IMG/VR virus record: IMGVR_UViG_3300045988_016114
Location: 1 to 37,496 of that record
Length of the DNA: 37,496 bases
Source of the DNA: a virus
Reading direction: 5' to 3' (one strand)
Part shown: one piece after another, positions 33,203 to 37,496 of the stretch
How positions within the stretch are numbered: the stretch's first letter is position 1
How the letters are laid out: the number at the start of each line of letters is the position of its first letter
Notes under the pieces: generated by a model
The model's input: the letters and a program-made list of their open reading frames with translations, nothing else
Told to the model about the DNA's origin: nothing
The model's database searches: none
Translations under genes and position numbers: made by a program

Positions 33203-33296
33203 TTTCCTCTCACCTTCTTCTTTCTTTTCTTCTTCGTCCCTTTATAGATAAATGCTGCCATACTTCCATTTTTCCTCATCTAGTCTGCCCCTTCTT

Positions 33297-34154
33297 TTAT
33301 GTCAAAATTGACTTTCCTGCACTTCTACCCTTTGCCTCTTCCGCCAATTTTTCAAGCATTTCTTTGTTGTGCCGCTTTGCGATCAAATCCCTGACGCTTT
33401 CTTCCGGGAATTCTATAAGATAACTCACTTCTTTAATCCTGCTCGTGATTCTGTCCTCGTAATTTAACTCCTCGGTTGGCACATTACTTGTATAGATCGT
33501 TACTTTCTTGTGTATGTACCGCTCGTTTATGATGTTATAAAACTTTTCCTGCACCCATGGAGATATTCGCTCAACTCCAAAATCATCGATGATCAGCACA
33601 TCTGCCAAGCACAACTGATCTATCAATCGGCTCTCTGCATACTCGCTATCTTTCTTCCAAGTGCTTCTGATCTCGTCCAGAATCCGTGTAGACACTGCAA
33701 ATTTCACTTGCTTTTTATGTTTTTTCACAAGCTCATTTGCAATGCTTGCAGCCATCCTTGTTTTCCCACTGCCTTTTGTCCGAGAGACAATATACAATCC
33801 CATGCCAGCCTCTAACATATCGTCAAAGTTATCTATGTATCGCTTTACGATGTTGCAAGCGGTAAGAAACTTTTGCTTGCCATCTGCGGTTGCGTATACG
33901 CTTGTTTTAAGCGTTTTCAACTCCTTGTTAAATGTATCGGGGATGTTAGCAAAACTTAATCTACGGCTCATTAAATCGCTCTCACGGCAATCACACTCTT
34001 TTGCAAATAGCATTCCGTCTTGCTCGTAAGGAATCCATCCGGTACCTCCGCACTTAGGGCATACATCAGAATCCTTCAAAGCTGTCCCCGATTCCTGCTC
34101 TGATTGCCATTTCCGTGAGGCTTTCATCTCTTCCAACTTGTCCTCCAGCGTCAT
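33297..34154 (-). CDS. DnaC/IstB-like helicase loader ATPase
   Basis: Walker A TKGSGKT, Walker B LIIDDFG. N-terminal zinc finger CPKCGGTGW...CDC. ATG 34154 follows GGAGGG. Overlaps the organiser gene by 89 nt. Confidence 0.85.
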   Translation of the reverse strand: MTLEDKLEEMKASRKWQSEQESGTALKDSDVCPKCGGTGWIPYEQDGMLFAKECDCRESDLMSRRLSFANIPDTFNKELKTLKTSVYATADGKQKFLTACNIVKRYIDNFDDMLEAGMGLYIVSRTKGSGKTRMAASIANELVKKHKKQVKFAVSTRILDEIRSTWKKDSEYAESRLIDQLCLADVLIIDDFGVERISPWVQEKFYNIINERYIHKKVTIYTSNVPTEELNYEDRITSRIKEVSYLIEFPEESVRDLIAKRHNKEMLEKLAEEAKGRSAGKSILT

Positions 34155-34890
34155 CTCTTCCCTCCGTTCTGCGATTGTCTTTATTTGCGTAGTTGCCGTC
34201 CAGTATTTTAGCCATGTTTGCATCACACATGATCCAATCAAACGTAGCCGACCAATTACGTCCATTTGTCCCCTTTAAAAAATCACTTCCCTCGGCGAGT
34301 TCAAATGCTCTTTGGATGTCATCAACGGAGTATTTCCTCAACCGTGCTTTAATTGCTTTTTTTCTTTTCTCAGAAAGTACCGTCATCCGAGGGAATGACA
34401 CGCAAGTGGCATTATACATATCAGCTATTTGCTGATAATTTACTCTATCTCTATTCTCTTCATCTAACTCTATCTCTTTCTCTATCTCTGTGTTACAGTT
34501 TGTTACATCGGTGTTACATTGTAACGCTTTTCGTTCTCTCGACTTGCGAACTCTACGCGCTGAATCAGTTTCCGAACCGATCAGGTTTTGTGTTTCGGTC
34601 ATCACATATTCAGATTCTGAGCAATTTTCCATAAGCCCTTGCGACAGTAGATATTGCACTGTGACTCTTACATTTTCCGGATCTTCGTCAATCGTTAATG
34701 CAATTTCTTCAGGGAAATCATCTTCTATCCCTTCGTAGAATAATCGACCATCATTTTTTAGGCTTAACAACTGCATTTTTAGATAAATTATGGTGTACGT
34801 ATCGCCACCAGCAATTCTCCGCAGCTTTTTTATTTTAGGCTGGGTAAAAAAATCATTTTTCAGCTTTAACCAAAAGTATTTTTTTGCCAT
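34066..34890 (-). CDS. Phage replisome organiser (N-terminal organiser domain plus DnaD-like C-terminus)
   Basis: Start MAKKYFWLKLKNDFFTQPKIKKLRRIAGGDTYTIIYLKMQL. C-terminus KRKKAIKARL...FLKG...NWSATFDWIM. Confidence 0.8.
   Translation of the reverse strand: MAKKYFWLKLKNDFFTQPKIKKLRRIAGGDTYTIIYLKMQLLSLKNDGRLFYEGIEDDFPEEIALTIDEDPENVRVTVQYLLSQGLMENCSESEYVMTETQNLIGSETDSARRVRKSRERKALQCNTDVTNCNTEIEKEIELDEENRDRVNYQQIADMYNATCVSFPRMTVLSEKRKKAIKARLRKYSVDDIQRAFELAEGSDFLKGTNGRNWSATFDWIMCDANMAKILDGNYANKDNRRTEGRDDAGGQVGRDESLTEMAIRAGIGDSFEGF
34443..34525. repeat. Iteron cluster inside the organiser gene (origin candidate)
   Basis: CTCTATCTCT x3 (34443, 34468, 34480). TGTTACA x3 at 10-11 bp spacing (34491, 34501, 34512). 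Palindrome GTTACAtTGTAAC (34513-34525). Confidence 0.6.
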
Positions 34891-35300
34891 TATTCATCCT
34901 CCGCAATATAAACCATCACACAAGGCTTTTCAGAATATGCTTTCTCAATCTCAAGGCTTGTGACCTGCTTGTCATCGGTATATGCTGCACCATTTAAAGC
35001 ATCAAGAATGATCTTGGCGATATTATCTGCATCCGGCTTTGTATTTGGCTTAATCTCGCCTTTTAATGCTTTAGCCTTATTCTTCTTAGACCAACTGCTT
35101 GGAATGGGATATTTGGCTAAGATACGCACTCTGACGGGGGTGTCATAATAAATTTCCCCTCCCTCTTTCTTGTAAATAGCAGCAACTCTCTTTTCATAGT
35201 CCTTCGTTTCTTGCGCCGTATATGTAAAAACCTTATTTCCGACTCTGCGAAATCTCGGTCTTGCTTTTCCAACCGGTTTGCCCGGGATTGTAATTACCAT
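34890..35300 (-). CDS. rusA: RusA-family Holliday junction resolvase
   Basis: MVITIPGKPVGKARPRF...KPDADNIAKIILDALNGAAYTDDKQV are RusA motifs. ATG 35300 lies 6 nt after AGGAG. Confidence 0.88.
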   Translation of the reverse strand: MVITIPGKPVGKARPRFRRVGNKVFTYTAQETKDYEKRVAAIYKKEGGEIYYDTPVRVRILAKYPIPSSWSKKNKAKALKGEIKPNTKPDADNIAKIILDALNGAAYTDDKQVTSLEIEKAYSEKPCVMVYIAEDE

Positions 35301-35400
35301 GCTTTCTCCTTTCTCTCCTGCCGGACAGACGTAATCGACAGGAGATGAAACAAATTTACGGTTACATGTGATATATTCCTTACTCCTAAGAGACATAAGG

Positions 35401-35715
35401 CTATAAATAATTCTTGTGAAATTCCTGCCGGAACTCCTCTCTTGTGCCGTAATGCTCCTCATAGTAGCGTTGGCACTGCTGTTTTAAATAAATATCAAGT
35501 TTTCCGTTTGGATTCTGATGCACACTGAACCTTCCGTTTTGATGCAGATCCCGGCGAAGCGGTGCGATAAAGCGATATTCCTCGCTCAGCATCCTCTCAT
35601 TATGTGTATGGTGGAAGATATGGTGTCGCTCCACATCACAACTTCCGGTAAACATGCAATGATTCATGTCATCAGTAAAAATGCTTTCCAGTCTTTTGGT
35701 CAATATTGACACCAT
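35401..35715 (-). CDS. Hypothetical His-rich protein (possible degenerate HNH/NinG-like)
   Basis: CMFTGSCDVERHHIFHHTHNERMLSEEY...LHQNGRFSVHQN. Start uncertain (ATG 35715 or 35667). Confidence 0.45.
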   Translation of the reverse strand: MVSILTKRLESIFTDDMNHCMFTGSCDVERHHIFHHTHNERMLSEEYRFIAPLRRDLHQNGRFSVHQNPNGKLDIYLKQQCQRYYEEHYGTREEFRQEFHKNYL

Positions 35716-36271
35716 ACCTCTCTTTCAAAATTCGCTTTTCATCCGGCGATACAATCTCACAATCCGGCATGCCTGCTTCCTTGCAACGGTCAATCAGTCC
35801 ATCAATCAGACGTGCCATCTCCTCGGTGTTATATGTACTGGACCCGCGCATTAAAAGGTAGGTCTGATACATAACACCATCCTTTCCTTCCCTTACTTCT
35901 GTGGTGGGTTTTAGATGGTATTCCATTGCATCCCTCACCTTGCGATCGGTTTCGTCCGTATCCGGAAGCGGTGTCCTGACTGCTTGTCCATCTATGATGA
36001 CAGGATAGCCGTATTCACATAACAGTTCGTTGTGCAGTTCTGGATTCGACTTCTTTGTGATTCTTCCCAACTTTGCGACTAGAGTCCAATAATATCCATT
36101 TGCATCAAGACTCCTCTTCTTGCGATATGGATTGATTTCAAGGCTTAATTTGTCGTAGCCTTTCAATTCCTCATAGGCTTGCGAAAAGTCCTCGTTTGAA
36201 GCAAATACAAGCATTGGGCGCAGTGTATCGTAATCAATAATCGGCTTTTTTAATATTCCGGTGAGTTTCAT
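35672..36271 (-). CDS. NinB/Orf-like recombination mediator
   Basis: KKRSLDANGYYWTLVAKLG parallels the lambda NinB RSLDQNRKLWA motif. Lies between the annealing-protein and RusA genes. Confidence 0.5.
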   Translation of the reverse strand: MKLTGILKKPIIDYDTLRPMLVFASNEDFSQAYEELKGYDKLSLEINPYRKKRSLDANGYYWTLVAKLGRITKKSNPELHNELLCEYGYPVIIDGQAVRTPLPDTDETDRKVRDAMEYHLKPTTEVREGKDGVMYQTYLLMRGSSTYNTEEMARLIDGLIDRCKEAGMPDCEIVSPDEKRILKERYGVNIDQKTGKHFY

Positions 36272-36810
36272 TATTCCTCACCCATCTTACGCATAAGCGC
36301 CATGAATTGTCTTACGGTCAAATCTTGCAGAGCAGTGACTTTATAATAACGGCACACGTTTTCTACGGTCTGGCCGTGTTTCGGAATACAGGATTCCAAT
36401 GTCTTTACTTGCGCTGCTGTGATCTGAGTTGACTCGCTTTGTTGCTTTATGGCATTCAACACTTCCTCTGCACTCGCAACGCTTGTATCAATTCCAATTC
36501 CACACATTCCAAGTGCTCTTCCAACCGCCGAAGTCTCGCAGTTTTCTATGTAAGATGTCTTGTTTATAAAGCTTGAATCCTCTTTTTCATAGGCATGTCC
36601 AACGCCTAGAATAGAGCCGAATTCGTCCCTTACTTCTGCCGACATCACACACATGCCTTCTTGCAAAGACTCTATCTTAGTAGTAATAGATCCGTTCGGA
36701 AACAACATGCGGAAAACCTTGATTCTTTGGTTCACTTCTGCATACTGCTTGCCTTTTACGTCAATCGTGCTAATTTCTTTATTTGCGATCTGCAATGCTT
36801 CAAATGTCAT
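36271..36810 (-). CDS. Putative Rad52/Sak-like single-strand annealing protein
   Basis: YIENCETSAVGRALGMCGIGID resembles the Rad52-family x-S-D/A-x-K/G-R-A-L-x-x-x-G-I-G signature. ATG 36810 follows GGAGAGGTG. Confidence 0.45.
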   Translation of the reverse strand: MTFEALQIANKEISTIDVKGKQYAEVNQRIKVFRMLFPNGSITTKIESLQEGMCVMSAEVRDEFGSILGVGHAYEKEDSSFINKTSYIENCETSAVGRALGMCGIGIDTSVASAEEVLNAIKQQSESTQITAAQVKTLESCIPKHGQTVENVCRYYKVTALQDLTVRQFMALMRKMGEE

Positions 36811-36823
36811 AACTTCACCTCTC

Positions 36824-37000
36824 CTATGCAAATTCTCTGTAATTTTCCTTCAAACACGTTTCGCAGACACATCCGTCTACCGTGTAAATAGCATCGCCCT
36901 CCCAAAAGGGCTGACCACAGATGGTGCAATACCCTTTTGCTTCCGGTTCATCCGGCGGTGTAGTCTTTCTGTCGTCGTAATTAGGGATAGGCTCAATCAT
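36824..37000 (-). CDS. 58-aa zinc-ribbon-like protein
   Basis: YCTICGQPFWEGDAIYTVDGCVCETC. ATG 37000. The track start at 37012 is TTG. Confidence 0.5.
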   Translation of the reverse strand: MIEPIPNYDDRKTTPPDEPEAKGYCTICGQPFWEGDAIYTVDGCVCETCLKENYREFA

Positions 37001-37160
37001 GCAACTCACCAACCCTTTCGATTCCTAATATTGCCAAAACTGTTCTATCAGTCGACGATATATACTCATCATTAATAGTTTCATAAAATCTCGCCACCGC
37101 TCGAATCAGCTCTACTGCCATCTCTGCCGGTATATCATCATTAAATTCCCATTTTTTCAT
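36993..37160 (-). CDS. Hypothetical 55-aa protein (below the track cutoff)
   Basis: MKKWEFNDDIPAEMAVELIRAVARFYETINDEY... Strong RBS GAAGGAGG. ATG 37160 abuts the upstream stop. 8-nt overlap with the next gene. Confidence 0.5.
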   Translation of the reverse strand: MKKWEFNDDIPAEMAVELIRAVARFYETINDEYISSTDRTVLAILGIERVGELHD

Positions 37161-37496
37161 CTATGCTTCCTCCTTCGAAAATCTAAATTCCATAAGCTCT
37201 GCAACCATCAAATACTCTTTCGCAGTCTTAGTTTCCCCATGCGTTTCCTTTACCTTTGCTCTAAACTCCTCCAAAGTGCCATAAAAGCAACCACATCTCA
37301 CGCCAATATCTCCTGCTTTTGTCCTAAAAAATGTAGTTGTACGATATTCGGAGCCAAATCCATGCACTGTGGCGTAGTCAGCATTGCCGTACACCCTAGC
37401 ATCGCCGAACACCCAAGCATCGCCGTACACCCAAGCATCGCCGGACACCCTAGCATTGCCGTACACCCTAGCATTGCCGTACACCCAAGCATCGCC
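37161..37496 (-). CDS. C-terminal part of the hexapeptide-repeat protein (continues from 199..1)
   Basis: GDAWVYGNARVYGNARVSGDAWVYGDAWVFGDARVYGNA, then a globular C-terminus HGFGSEYRTTTFFRTKAGDIGVRCGCFYGTLEEFRAKVKETHG. The frame is open to the window end. Confidence 0.8.
   Translation of the reverse strand, partial: GDAWVYGNARVYGNARVSGDAWVYGDAWVFGDARVYGNADYATVHGFGSEYRTTTFFRTKAGDIGVRCGCFYGTLEEFRAKVKETHGETKTAKEYLMVAELMEFRFSKEEA
37381..37496. repeat. 18-nt tandem coding repeat (6.4 units)
   Basis: Units gcaTtgccgtacaccCTa / gcaTCgccgKacaccCAa encode V-Y/S/F-G-N/D-A-R/W. The contig break falls inside this array. Confidence 0.9.

Larger units (their letters stand above)
1..37496. mobile_element. 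Complete temperate siphovirus-like phage genome (circular contig, unique length 37,441 bp)
   Basis: Contiguous lysogeny, recombination/replication, packaging, head, tail and lysis modules. Integrase with adjacent repeat-rich attP-like DNA. 55-bp terminal identity. No flanking host genes. Confidence 0.85.

Noticed and set aside
37381-37496. Tandem repeats at the contig ends as a possible CRISPR array or non-coding satellite.
   Set aside because: The period is 18 nt with no spacers, and the repeats are in frame within a continuous ORF encoding hexapeptide repeats. There are no CRISPR-like repeat-spacer units anywhere in the window.
1-37496. Known multi-gene defence systems or cargo: R-M with a nuclease, CBASS, retron, toxin-antitoxin pair, Abi, transposase/IS, virulence toxin.
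   Set aside because: I could recognise no reverse transcriptase, cyclase, nuclease-helicase, restriction endonuclease, transposase or classic toxin motifs. The methyltransferases appear to be orphans.

Overview
The window is a complete temperate siphovirus-type phage genome from a low-GC Gram-positive, Clostridia-like host. The host guess rests on the ChW-repeat endolysin, the Gp15-type tail chaperone and GGAGG-type ribosome-binding sites.

The contig closes on itself. Bases 1-55 are identical to 37442-37496, and a gene cut by the window edge rejoins in frame, giving a unique length of 37,441 bp.

Nearly all genes lie on the minus strand, in early-to-late order:
- small early genes and an Ant antirepressor
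- a recombination set (Rad52-like annealing protein, NinB-like protein, RusA)
- a replisome organiser with internal iterons, and a DnaC-like loader
- a DNA-modification cluster (Dcm, a DPPH methyltransferase, a 10-Cys miniprotein, a PAPS-reductase-like PP-loop enzyme)
- a late regulator resembling sigma-70 region 4
- a structured non-coding stretch carrying tRNA-Trp(CCA)
- DUF4417, TerS, TerL, portal and minor capsid protein
- a five-ORF insertion containing a fibre-like protein
- scaffold, major capsid, four neck proteins and major tail
- tail chaperones, tape measure, Dit and a 1113-aa tail fibre
- holin and an amidase endolysin

Plus-strand genes are limited to three places: the lysogeny region (cI-like repressor, DUF4236 membrane protein, tyrosine integrase with repeat-rich attP-like DNA), a self-contained four-gene cassette at 5877-7754, and one orphan gene at 29763-29945.

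The best leads for new biology are:
1. The four-gene cassette between attP and the lysis genes. It has its own promoter with a perfect palindrome in the spacer and a two-domain HTH protein. Its layout resembles an acr-aca (anti-CRISPR plus HTH autorepressor) anti-defence operon.
2. A promoter bracketed by LexA-type boxes that drives a 32-aa micro-ORF convergently into a repressor gene lacking a peptidase domain.
3. The fibre-like insertion inside the head module.
4. The PP-loop, Cys-rich and dual-methyltransferase cluster.
5. The terminator-bracketed tRNA region, which also holds a tRNA-like minihelix.

All homology statements come from my own motif recognition. No database search was run.
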